In this document: positions 11,935 to 24,895 of the stretch, piece after piece
Layout of the letters: each line of letters starts with the position of its first letter
How positions within the stretch are numbered: the first letter of the stretch is position 1
From: Eledone cirrhosa
Taxonomy: Eukaryota
Assembly: GCA_964016885.1 (NCBI GenBank)
Contig: OZ024744.1
Span: forward strand, 83,762,001 to 83,826,000
Reading direction: 5' to 3'
Length of the DNA: 64,000 nucleotides
Notes under the pieces: generated by a model
What the model was told of the DNA's origin: nothing
The model's input: the letters and a program-made list of their open reading frames with translations, nothing else
Database searches by the model: none
Made by a program: the position numbers and the translations under genes

Positions 11935-14900
11935 TACATATTTATATATTTCCGACAAACAGCATGGCTGAACACAACAACATCAACAACATTAAGGAAG
12001 TATCGAAGACAAACAACAAGAAAGGTAAACAAACTTTATTCAGTTGTAGCTACAGAAGAAATCGAAATTATAAGTCGCATTTCTCTTGGAGTTGCGAACT
12101 TAATAATGATTTATTTAATTGTTATAAAATGGCAAACAAAAATCCCTCCATTGGCTATATGAACAGAATGAAGCTACACTCGGACGAAATGCACCCAGAG
12201 CTAAATTATTTCACAGCGAAACAATTACGCCAACAAGCGACGTTTGTTGAACGTAAAAATAAGATAAATATTATTAATTGCAAGTCCCACACAACAAACA
12301 TGGAATCAACAACACGTGCTACAGGTCGCCATGTTACTAGACTTCCTAGCAGCCAGGTCGAACAGTGCCTTGAAACATCTATGTCTGTAAGAAACTTGAC
12401 ACCACGTGTACCATCTAAGTCTACATCGAATGCTGGGGAAAACACTATCGATAATAATAATAATCAAAGAAATTTGACACCACGTGTACCATCTGAGTCT
12501 ACCTCGACTGTTGTGGAAAATACTATCGATAATGATAATAATCAAAAGTAAAAACAATTGAAAGTTTCCCCCAACGAAATCTTCCTGAGAGAAATTAATT
12601 CATCTATAAATATTTCTCTTGCTGAACGTTTTAAAACAACAATTTATATTACTAAAACAACGAATGTCTGTTTGTCTGTTTGTCTGTACAATCACTAAAT
12701 CTCAAGAACCACCCAACCGATTGTTTTCAAACTTTACACATGTAATATTTATGGTCCTATTGAGTGTTGTCAGCAAACAAATTTCAAATGTTCAATGCCC
12801 TAGGGACCGCATTAGGCGATTTAGCAATGTCTTTCTCTCTCTCTTAGTCTTTCTCCTTATTACATAGATACATAGATATTATGTTGCGCCCTTATAATAT
12901 ATGTCTGTATGCCTGTCTGCCTGCATTACGTCATTATGACGCGGTGTGTGTGTGTGTATATGTATATATATAGTGTGTATATATATAGTGTGTATATATA
13001 TATATATAGTGTGTATATATATATATAGTGTGTAATGTTTTTCGAAATATTTACTTCTGCGTTCACAGATTTATTATTTTAGTTTCAGAAGATCCCGTTA
13101 AGGGTAAGGGTGAAAGCAGCGATTCTTTGCTTAAACTTTAATCTGTTATTTTAATATATATATATATATATATATGTAGATAAATCTACCAAAAGTTTAC
13201 GGTAGTGTCCAATCCGTATGAAGAACTCAATGTAATCCGGATATCATGGCGGTGAAAGATAAACGGAATACAGATTGGTATATTCTTTAAAGAAGTTCCC
13301 AAGTATTGTTTTTCCATTGTGATATGGATAATGGACAAGAGAAAGAGCTCAACTAAATGTATAATGAGTTATAAAATCATACATATATATGTATATACAT
13401 AAATATAAAATTAACACACATATACAATACAAAAATAAGAATATTATATATTCGTGTATGGATATTTTTGCATACACAATAACAAAATATAAACAAATGT
13501 ATTTACTTCACGAGGCTCGAGAAAGATAAATATATATCAAATATATAAGAACCTAAGAGCAAATCCCGAGCAACGCCGGGCCATTCTGCTAGTATTTAAT
13601 AAAAAACCAAATAATGAAATATTACGTGTTGTTGACGAAATTGGGGATGAATATTTACGACGGATAAAAACCCCAACATTTTGGAAAATCAACGCCTGTT
13701 TATATGTCTTAACAACGACAGTGAAGCATTATCTTGGTGATAGCAGAGATATTAACAAGAACAAAATACCACCAAAAATACCATCATATATATCTAAAAT
13801 ATAAAAAGAGATTGCTGACCTACGAATAACCATAGCATATGTGTCAATGCTCCTTATAAGCAAACAAACACAAAAAAACTTCACTCCTCCCCAACAAAGA
13901 GTGAAAAATAAAATAGAGACGATGTTTGGTAACAGTAGAACCAGAACTCTCCAATATAAGCTGATCACCCTCAAACAAAAATTGAGAGCTGTTAGCGAAA
14001 AACGCCGATACCTGAAGAAGGTAGATGAAAGAAAAGTCCTTAATAAAAGATTCAGACGAAACCAAACATCAGTCTATAGAGATATGAAGGGCAAAATAAT
14101 AAGTGTCACAGAAAGTCATAGATTCTTTTGGAGAAAAATATGGGGTGAAAAGAAGAATTTCAACCGAGATGCAGTGTGACTAAAAGAAATTCAAAAGAAC
14201 TATTGCTCCTACACTACAACAAAAACATACGAAATAAGTGAGGATACCCTTGAGACTGTGATAGGAAAACTCCAAGATAAGAAAACACCAGGAGGAGACA
14301 TGATTGTCGGCTACTGGTACAAAAAACTGATATTCTCTCAGAGGGCTCTTACCGATCTCTACCAACAAGTTCTTAAGGGAGATACACTTATACCAGAATG
14401 GTTGACATTAGCACAAACATTACAAAGACACCCACTTGGCAAAAAGCTACCGAGACCCATTGCATGCCAGAACCTGATGTATAAGATGTATACAGCCTGC
14501 CTGAACCTATTCCTCCAAGATCACTGTGAAAATAATAACATCATCACAGATGAACAAGCAGCTGGAAAGAAAGGGGTTTGGGGGTGTGCTGAACAACTCC
14601 TAATCAACAAAACTGCGATGTCGGAGGTGCGACTACTTAGGAGGAATATGGCTACAGTCGGGCTGGACTATAAGAAAGCTTTCGATTCTGTTCCCCACTC
14701 TTGGATGATAGAAGCCCTCCAACTTGCTAAAGTCCCAGACATTATTATCAGAGCTACTATCCTAAAGTTAAAGACAGAGAAGGAGGACTCTATTTTCACT
14801 GATAAAATAGAATATCACAGGGGTATATTTCAAGGAGACAGTCTCTCTGTGATATTATTTATCCTGCCATTAAAACACTTGTCCTTTCTGCTCAAGAAAT

Positions 14901-16600
14901 GTGAGGGATACATCATTGGCTCACAGGATGACAGAAATACGAACCTAACCCATAATTTCTTTGTAGATGATCTGAAGCTCTATGCCTAGAACATGGATGG
15001 GATGAAGAGAAATCTTGAAACTGGGTACAACAATCTCAAAGGATATAGGAATGGAGTTTGGCCAAGATATGACTGTAAAGCGGGGAAAAACAACAACCCA
15101 ATTTAGCAGCATTGTCATCAATGGCCTAACTGTTTCACCGATATCTGATGAGGACTGCTACAGATACCTGGGGATAGATGAGAACATATCCTATAAAGCT
15201 ATGTGTAATAAGGAACACGTAACCAGGAATATTACACCCGATTAAGAAAAATATGATCATCGGAACTCTCGGCGCACAACAAAACAGTGGTTCGCAATGT
15301 GTTTGCTGTGCCTGTCCTAACACCAACATTTGGAATACTCAATTGGACGATAGATGAAATTCAAGCAATTGCTGTTAGAACTCGAAAAATACTAAACAAC
15401 ACCGGAAACATCCACGTCAACAGTGACATAGACCGCCTTTACTTGAAACGTAAGCAGAGGGGCAGAGGCCTAACATCAGTCCAGACAGCATTTGAATGTC
15501 GCCTCATATCCATTCGACAACATCTACGAACCTCGAAGCGTAGGAGCCCATCTCTCGAGCAAGTCTATTTGCATAAGACAGATTAGGTCATGAAAGTTGG
15601 GAAGGAACTCCTTGAAAGATATTCCCTGTGTGAAAATCAAAAACACACACTCAGCGAAGTTGTTCAGCAGTACCGCAATGAATCAATAGATGAAAAACTG
15701 CAAATTATCAGCAAAAGATCATGCATGGATATGTTGCAGGAAGCTCAAGACTGCGAGTAATATAGATAAACAAAGTAGTCTATCTTGGACCAACAACCGC
15801 TATAGTGGCTCCCACTTTGAATGATATGCTTTTGCAATCCAGGAATAGGAAATCTACACGAAATACCTGATTCACAAAAGAGTTAGGGATGCAGGCAAAA
15901 CACCTAGATGTGACAAGTGCAGACTCTGCATAATTAACATTGAAGATGTCACCCGTGTGATCGCGATACTATCTACCCATGAGGCATGATGTAGTGGCCA
16001 AAACACTGTACAATGGAATCCGTGGAAAAGATAGCCCCGATAAGAAACACATTAAAAGCTACAGCAATGTGGATGACACACATATACATAATATGAAAGA
16101 GTACTGGTGGAATGTTCCAGTAAAAAACACAATAAAATACAGGGATAACAGACCAAATATAATTATATCGGACAGGGAAAAGAAGGCATGCACAGTTAGC
16201 TACCCAGCAGATGCCAATATAATACCAAAGATTATCTATGTAGAACTGATGAGAAATCTGCAGATACTCCACCCTGATTACACCTTCAAATTTACACCTG
16301 TGATTATTGGGGCACTGGGATATGTTAGTAACTGCCTCAATACAAATCTTGATAATCTGGGTTTCACAGAAAGAACACAACTAGTTAGGAAACTACAAGT
16401 ACAATCCATTAATGGAACAGTAAACATTTGTAAAACATTCCAAAAATTCTGCATCTAATAACTGCATATACACTTTTATAGATACAAAACATATACACAT
16501 GCACACATACAACTCAAAACATACATATCCACACATACAAGAAAATCCATACCTGCACACACATGCATGCATGCAGACGTGCATACATAATCTGCCTAGT
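11935..16600 (+). mobile_element. R4/Dong-clade non-LTR retrotransposon (RT plus restriction-like endonuclease), near full length and pseudogenised
   Basis: N-terminus GYMNRMK..HPEL..AKQLRQQA. RT RPIACQNLMYK, LDYKKAFDSVPHSW, RGIFQGDSLS, FFVDDLKLYA. C-terminus CRLC zinc finger, RHDVVAK, RPNIII RLE motif, PVIIGALG. Many stops. Helitron inserted at 12643-13592. Confidence 0.85.
12643..13592 (+). mobile_element. Non-autonomous Helitron nested in the R4 element
   Basis: 3' end cccgagcaacgccggg hairpin plus CTAG|T. Helitron-like 5' end (t)ttatattactaaaac..gtctgtttgtctg following an A. Same 3' hairpin as the Helitron at 36582. Confidence 0.7.
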
Positions 16601-16675
16601 ACCAGTTATGCACTGGGATCAATTTAAACGACTTTCCCCTCTCCCCAAATTGTGCGCATTGTGCCTATATAAAAA
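16600..16675 (+). mobile_element. SINE 3' fragment replacing the end of the R4 3' UTR
   Basis: taccagttatgcactgggatcaatttaaacgact..ttgtgcctata matches the SINE 3' region. Confidence 0.55.
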
Positions 16676-17354
16676 AAAACATTATTTTATCTATTTTCCG
16701 CATTTAACAATACGGAAACTAACTTGTCCGTATTGATAAAATAAAGATCAACATTTTAAGAGTTCCTTGTCGCAGAAATCTGCAGGCGTAATTTCAGGCA
16801 AAATGGTTTGTATGTTTAAACTGTTTCTGCATTACAGTGGATTATTTTTTCTGAATTTGCGGCTCACAGTAACACAAATTCTTAACTTTACTAGAATATA
16901 TGTGCATATATATTTGTTTGTTTGTTGATGTTTGTGTGACTATGTCCGCGCATGGGTGTGTGTGAATGATTATATGTGAGTGCACATGTACGTGTACATA
17001 TGTGTCTATGACTGTATTTATATTTTTGCCAGTTTAAAATCTAATGCATCAAAATGTAACAAGCACTCAATATAGATCAATAAAAAAAATACCACACTGA
17101 AATAGATATTGAAGTCGATACGATCAACTGAAAAAAAGCCATTGAAGGCAGTCACCCAGCATGGCCGCTTTCTAATAACTGAAACATGTAAAAGGTTAAT
17201 AGTATAAGAGTATAAACTAATTATAAAAAAACATACATCTATTTTTGAAACTGAAAAATATACACAGAGTATTAGTAACTCTGATATTGGAGTTGGTGAA
17301 TCAGACTTCTCAAACAAGAAACTTGAGCACAAAATTAGCTTCTGATCTTATTTA

Positions 17355-17455
<101 letters not shown>

Positions 17456-18000
17456 CATAGATTGAGTTAGAAACTCAAAATAGTCTTTTACAATTAAATT
17501 GCTCAAGGAAGGGAATCTTTCAAAGCCGTGTAATATAATTGAATATATGAGAGGGATGAACACAGATACAAATATACGTGTATTCGAATTGCAAATGACT
17601 AACTTAGCTAGGTTGAAAAAATACTAATTTAAAACAATACGGTTTGCCTGTCTCGATTTAAAATAATAAATCAATAAAAATAACAAACCTATATTGGGCA
17701 ACTGCCTTCGATATCCGGACAGATCTAAAATCTGTTACGCAAGACTTATTAAGTGAAAGCCACCATTCCTGTGCTCTTCTGTGGGTATCCAGGAAATTCG
17801 TAAAAAGATCTAAGAAGACTGAACGATGTGTTGATATAAAAGCACATGTTGCAGCGCCTAGCGCGTCTCATACTCATGCCGCTAAAAATAGCAGCCGGTT
17901 TTACGAGACTAAAGTTAGCTCTACGTATGGAGCGGAGAATATCATAGATTGAGTTAGAAACCCAATTCGAACACACGTATTTTTGTATCGGTTTCATCCC

Positions 18001-18085
<85 letters not shown>

Positions 18086-18770
18086 CTTATATATATACAT
18101 ATATATGCACACACACACGCACGCATACACACGCACGCATACACACGCGCGCACACATATGCACACACACATATATATATATATTTATATATTTATTTAT
18201 ATACATATATATATATATACGTTTGCACAGAAATATATTAAATATATTAAACTGGTTAACAATTTCGATCGTCTAAGATGGTTGCGTAGATGTTGTTGCT
18301 TAGCTTTGAAGATTTCAGTATTCCGGTTGCTTGCACGGAAATTAATCATTTCCGGTTAGATGTTGTCGGATTGATTTAAAAGTGAAAAGAAAATGGTTTG
18401 GTAAAATTGTAACTGATCTACTTTTATATGTCTGATGTCGTCAGGTGACAGGTCCTAGTGAAAGTTCAATATCCTATAGTATGAAGTCAAAGCTATAAGT
18501 GACGTTAATTACAAGTGTATGAAATACAACACACAACTGTTTCTCAATGTAATTAATACTATTTTCGAAAACGACAGAGAAACTTTAAGGAATTCGATTG
18601 CAGAGTTACTGCAGCTTTGTTTAGAAGAAAATAGTGGTCAATATAATAGCAACCATCTTTAAACGTTGGATATAGTCAATGTTCTTTTTCTTCTTTATGT
18701 ACTTGAGAAATTTGCGTTTCACGTATAAGTATAAACTTTCTACAACAACAACAACAACAATAATAATAAT

Positions 18771-19187
18771 AATTGTTTCTACTTTTGGCACAAGGCCAGA
18801 AATTATTCCAGTGCATTACTGGTACTTTATTTTATCCACCCCCTTAAGGATGAAAGGCATAAAGTTAACCTCGGTAGGGATTTGAACTCAGACCGTAAAG
18901 GGACATGACTCTATGCTGTAAAGCATGACGTCCGACCCTTTACCGATACTGCCAATTCACCGCCCACCAATAATAATAATAATAATAGTAATTGTTTCTA
19001 CTTTTGGCACAAGGCCAGAAATTATTCCAGTGCATTACTGGTACTTTATTTTATCCACCCCCTTAAGGATGAAAGGCATAAAGTTAACCTCGGTAGGGAT
19101 TTGAACTCAGACCGTAAAGGGACATGACTCTATGCTGTAAAGCATGACGTCCGACCCTTTACCGATACTGCCAATTCACCGCCCACC
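18771..19187 (-). mobile_element. Two near-identical family 1 SINEs in tandem (219-bp period) separated by (ATT)n
   Basis: 18772-18968 is repeated at 18991-19187. Confidence 0.9.
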
Positions 19188-19458
19188 AATAATAATAATA
19201 ATAATGATTTCATTTATTGGCCACAAGGGCCGACATATAGGGGACAACACAATAGACAGGGACAGTGGGGGTTTACATAGAGATCGAGTAAGTATAAATA
19301 ACAAAAAAACAAAATAACAATAAAAATACAACAATGAAAGTTCCCCAATAAGAGGGATCACCACCCAGGGTTGACTCAAGCACCCCACCAGTCCTGAGCC
19401 ACCCGACGCTCCTAGGGCACCCGGGAAGGGCACCCCTCTCCTTCTAGAATTCACCAGC

Positions 19459-22400
19459 CTACAGGCGCATGATCAGAGTAGGCCCACTCACGCGGGCCAT
19501 TCTCGCCACATTCACCCACCTTTCAGTAAATGTACTGGGGGGCAGCACTTCTCTCTCCACCCTCACCTTCCTTTCCAAGTGAAACTTGAAGAAGTTGATG
19601 AGGGATTGGCCGAAGAGAAAAGTGTCTGTCTTCAGTCCTTTCAACCTGGTCCACCATGCAACCTCTTTCGCTACTGCCACCAGGCAGAGGAAAATTGCCT
19701 GCCCTTCCTGACCAAAAGAAGGCGGCGGGTCAATCTTCACTATGGACTCGGACGATAGCCGGATCCGTTCTACACGCGACAATAGCTGTTCAACATAACC
19801 CCACAAGTCAGCAATGCACGGACACTGGACGAGTGCGTGCAGAACGGTTTCGTCGCTCTGCGCGCATCTCGGGCAGGTTCGTCTGACAGCACTTCCGTGC
19901 CTGTAGAGTTTATCCCGAACCGGCAGCGCCCCCCGGTAGCACTGCCAAGCGAGGGATTTCTGGAAGTTATCCATCGTCCCCGGCTCGAAAGTCCTCCGGA
20001 ACATACTGGTCAGTTCTACTTCGTTGACGCCCAGAGCCTCTCCTAGTACGTCATCGCACTTGCCCTCCACTAATCCTCTATAGAAATCTTGAGTGGAAGT
20101 TCCACTGACCGCATTGCCCACCTTGCAGAGTGCAGTGAGCGCCTGGCAACATTCCAGATGCCAGTCGCCCAGTCTCGGTCTCTTCTTGACCCAGGACTGC
20201 AGCTCAGTCAAAGAGATGAGCTGCGGAAAGGCCCGTCTAACAAACGGCGACCACACCTGTTCACCGTTTAGGCAAAATATCTGGAGATGTCGCAGCCTCA
20301 GCGCATGTCTGCGCATCATTAGCCACGGCATGCCCAGCCCTCCACGAAGAGGGTGCTGGCAGCAGATGGACCGCCTCACCAACGGGACCCGTCCCCTCCA
20401 CAAAAATTTGAAAAGGAGCCGTTCCAAATTGGCGAGGCGTGGACGGGGGCAAGGCACGACGGTCAGGCGGTAGTAGATGACGGACGCGATGTACGCGTTC
20501 GCCACCTCCGCCCGCCCTTTCAGTGATAGCTTTCTCTCAGCCCATTTCTGGGTGAGGTTGGCTATCCTGCTCGTCACCTCGTCCCAATTCTTATCCACCT
20601 GGAGGTCTGGTCCGAACCAAACCCCGAGCAACTTTACCGGTCCGTCTGTCCAGCGCCCAACGACGCTGTTGGACGGCATGGACTTGCCTCTCCAGGTGCC
20701 GAGCTGCAAGCCCACCGACTTTTCCGGGTTAAGTTTTGCTCCCGTCAACCTTTCATATTCCTCCAAATGGGTGCGGATCACCTCGATTTCCGAGGTGTCC
20801 GACACCATCACGGTGATGTCGTCCGCATAAGCGGACGCAGCCTTTCTACGTCCCGGTTCGAGCGGGATGCCCTGCAACAACTCCAGCTTCCGCAGTAGAG
20901 GCTCAAGAGTCAATACGTACAGAAGTGAGGAGAGAGGGCACCCTTGACGGACCGATCGAGAGATCTGAAACGGTTCCGAGAGGTGGCCATTAACTTTGAC
21001 CACCGAGCGGATGCCGCTGTACATTGCAGCGATCCAGCTTCTGAAGACGGGGCCGAAGCCAGCCGCCTCGAGGACAGCCTCCAAGTACCGATGGTCGACC
21101 CTATCGAATGCTTTCGATTGATCTAAATTGATCAGAGCCCCACCGAAGCCAGGTTTGCACCCAACCCTCTCTATGATGTATCGCATGAGGTGGAGGTTGT
21201 CGTGTATGGACCTGGTCGGGATTGCGCAAGTTTGCGCCTCCCCAACCAAATCTTTGACGACAAGCGCCAACCTTTTCGCTAACACCTTGGCCAAAATCTT
21301 AAACTCTGTGTTGAGCAGGGTTATGGGCCTGAAATTATCTAGTGTGTCCCTCTTGTTCTCGTCTTTCCTTATCAGCGTCACTACGCCACGGCTCACAGAA
21401 CTGGGAATGCTCCCGTTCTGCTGCCAGTTGCAGTAGAGCGCTTCGAGGAGATCGGAGAACAAGTCTGGCATATTTACGTAAAGCTCGTAGGGCAGACCAT
21501 CCAAACCGGGTGACTTGCGACTCGAGCAGCCGACAAGGGCGTCCTGAATTTCGGCTGATGTTATCGGCTCTTCGCAGCGCTCAGCGTCGGCCGTCGAGAG
21601 GCGTGGCAAGCCGTCGAGGTAGGGACTGAAGTCCGCCGCCATCTCCGACTCACCCATCCTCCCGAACAATCGAGCAAAGTGCTGGCGAAAGGCCTCACAC
21701 ATCTGCTTGGAATCGCTCAGTTCGTGTCCATCTCGATCCGTCAAAGACCGAATTGTGGTTTTATTTCCACGCTGCGTCTCTGCAAAGCGAGCCCATCGGG
21801 CAGCTTTGGTTCCCTCGTTCCTCAGAGCACGCGCCTTAGCTCTGACAATGCAACCTTCGTGTTTCGCATTGAAGAAATGGTCTAGTGCCATTCTCGCCGC
21901 TAGCACGTCTGTTGCAATGCCACTACAAATAGCCTCGTCTAACTTAGCTATCAGCCCCTCCTCTTTTCTATTTTTCTCTATTGCTACTTCTTTGCTAAAT
22001 CCTATCGAGGTTGCTCTAATCTCTCTTTTGAGTGCCCCCCACCACCTGTTGTTGACAACCCCCCCTGTCAACTTTTGCTTAACTAAGTTGTTGACCCGGT
22101 CCCTGTAAGCTTTACGTGCCGGAAACGACATGTTTAGCTTCCAGTAGCTAGGTCCTAACCTACGTGTCTTATCTAGGTCGACCATACAGATCACAAGCTT
22201 GTGATCTGAATAGGCAACCGTTTTAAAATGTGGACATCCTACACTATTTCTATCTCTTTTCCTAATGAAAATCCTATCTATGTACGATCTAGATGACCCT
22301 ATGCGATTGGTCCAGGTCCATACTGGCGCATTAGGGAAATCTAGTCGGTACCTGTCAGACAGTTGAAACTGGCTGATCAGGTACTTGAGGCTTTTGCACC

Positions 22401-22878
22401 CCCCGCTCCTATCAGATACTCCCACACAATCCCAGCGTGCTTCTAAGATGCCATTCCAATCCCCTATTAACAGTAAAGGGCGAGACGTAAGCAGAAAGTT
22501 TTCCAGGCGCCTAAAGAAGTCCGGCCGACCGGCCCCAGTAGGGGCGTAGACGGCCACCAGTCTAAAGGCACCACCTTCGCTATTGCTCACGTCCAGGACC
22601 ACCAACTTTCCGTCAGGATCCCGGAAGATTGACCTTACCTCGAGATCCAGACATTTCCTAAACAGCACAGCCACTCCACCTCCCATTCCCGGCCGACTAA
22701 CAGATGCAAAGATCTGATAATCGTCGAAAATCGGCGCCAGTGCGCGTGTGTCGGAAATTCTGGTCTCGCTGATGGCAATTACATCTATTCCTAGTGACCT
22801 GAGGTCGTTGAGCAAGTGACCTTGCTTCCAGGGCGACCCCAGGCCACGAACATTTAAACTTCCTACTCTTATGGCCAT
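19459..22878 (-). CDS. ORF2: APE endonuclease, reverse transcriptase and C-terminal Cys/His zinc finger (1139 aa)
   Basis: SLNVRGL, ISET, VAVYAP, GDWN, IDRIF, SDH (APE). SPGLDGLP, FRPITLLN, LDQSKAFDRVDH, VRQGCPLS, YADD (RT). CPRC..ETVLHALVQC. Confidence 0.95.
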   Translation of the reverse strand: MAIRVGSLNVRGLGSPWKQGHLLNDLRSLGIDVIAISETRISDTRALAPIFDDYQIFASVSRPGMGGGVAVLFRKCLDLEVRSIFRDPDGKLVVLDVSNSEGGAFRLVAVYAPTGAGRPDFFRRLENFLLTSRPLLLIGDWNGILEARWDCVGVSDRSGGCKSLKYLISQFQLSDRYRLDFPNAPVWTWTNRIGSSRSYIDRIFIRKRDRNSVGCPHFKTVAYSDHKLVICMVDLDKTRRLGPSYWKLNMSFPARKAYRDRVNNLVKQKLTGGVVNNRWWGALKREIRATSIGFSKEVAIEKNRKEEGLIAKLDEAICSGIATDVLAARMALDHFFNAKHEGCIVRAKARALRNEGTKAARWARFAETQRGNKTTIRSLTDRDGHELSDSKQMCEAFRQHFARLFGRMGESEMAADFSPYLDGLPRLSTADAERCEEPITSAEIQDALVGCSSRKSPGLDGLPYELYVNMPDLFSDLLEALYCNWQQNGSIPSSVSRGVVTLIRKDENKRDTLDNFRPITLLNTEFKILAKVLAKRLALVVKDLVGEAQTCAIPTRSIHDNLHLMRYIIERVGCKPGFGGALINLDQSKAFDRVDHRYLEAVLEAAGFGPVFRSWIAAMYSGIRSVVKVNGHLSEPFQISRSVRQGCPLSSLLYVLTLEPLLRKLELLQGIPLEPGRRKAASAYADDITVMVSDTSEIEVIRTHLEEYERLTGAKLNPEKSVGLQLGTWRGKSMPSNSVVGRWTDGPVKLLGVWFGPDLQVDKNWDEVTSRIANLTQKWAERKLSLKGRAEVANAYIASVIYYRLTVVPCPRPRLANLERLLFKFLWRGRVPLVRRSICCQHPLRGGLGMPWLMMRRHALRLRHLQIFCLNGEQVWSPFVRRAFPQLISLTELQSWVKKRPRLGDWHLECCQALTALCKVGNAVSGTSTQDFYRGLVEGKCDDVLGEALGVNEVELTSMFRRTFEPGTMDNFQKSLAWQCYRGALPVRDKLYRHGSAVRRTCPRCAQSDETVLHALVQCPCIADLWGYVEQLLSRVERIRLSSESIVKIDPPPSFGQEGQAIFLCLVAVAKEVAWWTRLKGLKTDTFLFGQSLINFFKFHLERKVRVEREVLPPSTFTERWVNVARMARVSGPTLIMRL

Positions 22879-22907
22879 GCTGGCAGGATGAATGGGAGAG
22901 GAAAGGT

Positions 22908-24818
22908 TTACTTACCTTCCGGGGTCTTGTGAAGGTCGGGTGGTTCGACCTCCATGGTTTGTGGGGTTTCTTTTGGGAACCCCTTTAATAGTCTTGACGT
23001 GGGTTTTACGTTCGGGGTTCCCACATCCCGAGGAAAGCTCTTTCGAATTTCTTTGTATGAAGCGAGCGACATTCGCATCAGAAGCAAATTATCTGGTACG
23101 CGAAATGTGCTCGCTTCAAATGTTTCCCCGTCTTTTTCGATGTTTGTGCTTCGTGCTACATGGGCCATCAATTCCTTGTTGGCCCTTCTGGCAAGCACGA
23201 AGTTTTTAATGTTTTGTTGCTCGGGTTTTATTAGTTCGTGTGATTGTGGTGGTGATAGCTTTGTTAGTGTTGTTTCTATTGTGTCTGCGTTTGTTGTGGG
23301 TGGGGTGTCTGTAGTTTCTGATGTTTGTGTGTCTATTTGTTCTTGTGTCTGTTTAGCTTGTTTGCGTTTGGGGGATTTTGGTGGTTGTGTTGGTGATGCT
23401 GTGGGGAAAATGTTTGTGTGGGTGGTGTGTGTATTTTTTTTTGTGGGGGTGTTTGTGCTTTGTGGATTTCTTTTTTTTTTGTGTTTTGTTTTTTGTATTT
23501 TGGGGGACTTTGGTTTTCCCTCATCTTCACTGCTGGAGGATGAGGGGTCTGTGGCTGTGAGCGTGTTTGTGTCTGAGTGAGTGTTTATGTTCTTGTTCGT
23601 GTGTGTATTTTTGAGGGGAGGGGGAATGGGAGAGCTTTCCTCGTTTCCCCCCTGGGTGTGCAATTTTGGTGGTTCCATTGTTGACGGTGTTGCTGGTGGT
23701 CCTTGTCCCGGCGTCGCCAGCAGTGGAATCTTTCGACCCCTTGCGCTTTTCGGCAGTTGAGGGCAGAAGGCTCGCAAGTGTGTCGTTTCCCCACAAAGGA
23801 AACAATGCGGCCTTTTGCCCTCAGTCATTATATGCAACACCCTCCCGTTTTGGAGGCGGATGTGGTCCGGGATTGTTTTTACGTTTTCGGGTCTGATTTG
23901 GAGCAGTATCTCCAGATCAACCCCGGACCAGTCGTCCCTGGCAGTTCTCGTTGCCTCTACCGGGACTGTATCCGTTCCTTCCACGATTACGCAACCCAGG
24001 AGCCACCACATATCAAGTCCTGGTGGAATCCTGGGAATGCGCACACGTGCTATTCGTTTTCCCATGTGGGAGGGGTACATTATGACCTTGCTGGTTTTGC
24101 AAGGGGTCATTGAATGCTTCACAGCGAGGGCTTCAGACTTGAACAGCACCGAAACGGTGCCGTATTGCCTGCCCCTCTCTATGAAGTCTGTGTCCTCTCT
24201 GATGTATTTCAGTGCGGCTTCTATGTCAGCTTGGGCGATTATCGCTGCCCTCTTTGTCTCTACTGAGATGCATCTGAAATGCACCGTTCTTTTTTCCACT
24301 GCCTCAATGGCTTCTGCCGGGACAGTTAAGTTTGCCCAGGTCTGCTCTTGATTTATGATTTTCCAGGCCTGGGCCAACTTTTCCTCTCTGTTGGTTAAGT
24401 CGATGCTGTAGCATGGTCTCCTTTTAGCCGCTGCCACAGCAGCGAAAGTGTTCTTGTTGGTGTTGTCACTGTTGTTGTTCTTGTTGGTGTTGCTGCTGCT
24501 ATTGCTGTTGTTGTTCTCCCCTGTGTCGTGGTTACCTTCTGTGCTGTTGGCCTTGTTGGTGCTGCTGCTGTCGCTACTATTACTCTCTGTGCTGTTCGTT
24601 TTGTTGGTGCTCTCGTTATTACCACCGTCTGCGCTGTTCGGCTTGTTGGTGTTGGTGTTGTCGCTGTTACCACCTTCCGCGCCGCTCGGCCCGTTGGTGC
24701 TGGCACTGTCGCTGCTCACATTCGTGCTGGTGGCGCTCCTCGCCTCACCTCTCCTCTCAACGCTCAAGTCGCCGTTGCACGACAGCAGACCCGCCTCTAG
24801 GGGGCGTGGCTCCGCCAT
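22908..24818 (-). CDS. ORF1: nucleic-acid-binding protein with CCHC knuckle and low-complexity N/S/T arm (636 aa)
   Basis: CFLCGETTHLRAFC zinc knuckle and TFAAVAAA motif. It lies 29 nt upstream of ORF2, as expected for Tx1. Confidence 0.85.
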   Translation of the reverse strand: MAEPRPLEAGLLSCNGDLSVERRGEARSATSTNVSSDSASTNGPSGAEGGNSDNTNTNKPNSADGGNNESTNKTNSTESNSSDSSSTNKANSTEGNHDTGENNNSNSSSNTNKNNNSDNTNKNTFAAVAAAKRRPCYSIDLTNREEKLAQAWKIINQEQTWANLTVPAEAIEAVEKRTVHFRCISVETKRAAIIAQADIEAALKYIREDTDFIERGRQYGTVSVLFKSEALAVKHSMTPCKTSKVIMYPSHMGKRIARVRIPRIPPGLDMWWLLGCVIVEGTDTVPVEATRTARDDWSGVDLEILLQIRPENVKTIPDHIRLQNGRVLHIMTEGKRPHCFLCGETTHLRAFCPQLPKSARGRKIPLLATPGQGPPATPSTMEPPKLHTQGGNEESSPIPPPLKNTHTNKNINTHSDTNTLTATDPSSSSSEDEGKPKSPKIQKTKHKKKRNPQSTNTPTKKNTHTTHTNIFPTASPTQPPKSPKRKQAKQTQEQIDTQTSETTDTPPTTNADTIETTLTKLSPPQSHELIKPEQQNIKNFVLARRANKELMAHVARSTNIEKDGETFEASTFRVPDNLLLMRMSLASYKEIRKSFPRDVGTPNVKPTSRLLKGFPKETPQTMEVEPPDLHKTPEGK

Positions 24819-24867
24819 GTTTTTTTGAGAAAAAAATTATTATTTTTTTTTTTCAAAATAAAGTTCA

Positions 24868-24895
24868 AATATTTGGGCCAAAAGGCCCAAATATT
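24868..24895. promoter_or_regulatory. Perfect 12-bp hairpin in Tx1 5' UTR (also at 29721-29748 and 35575-35602)
   Basis: AATATTTGGGCC aaaa GGCCCAAATATT is identical in all three copies. Function is inferred only. Confidence 0.5.

Noticed and set aside
15140-15160. CTGATGAGGAC inside the R4 ORF
   Set aside because: Coincidental coding sequence, with no closing stem II or GAAA
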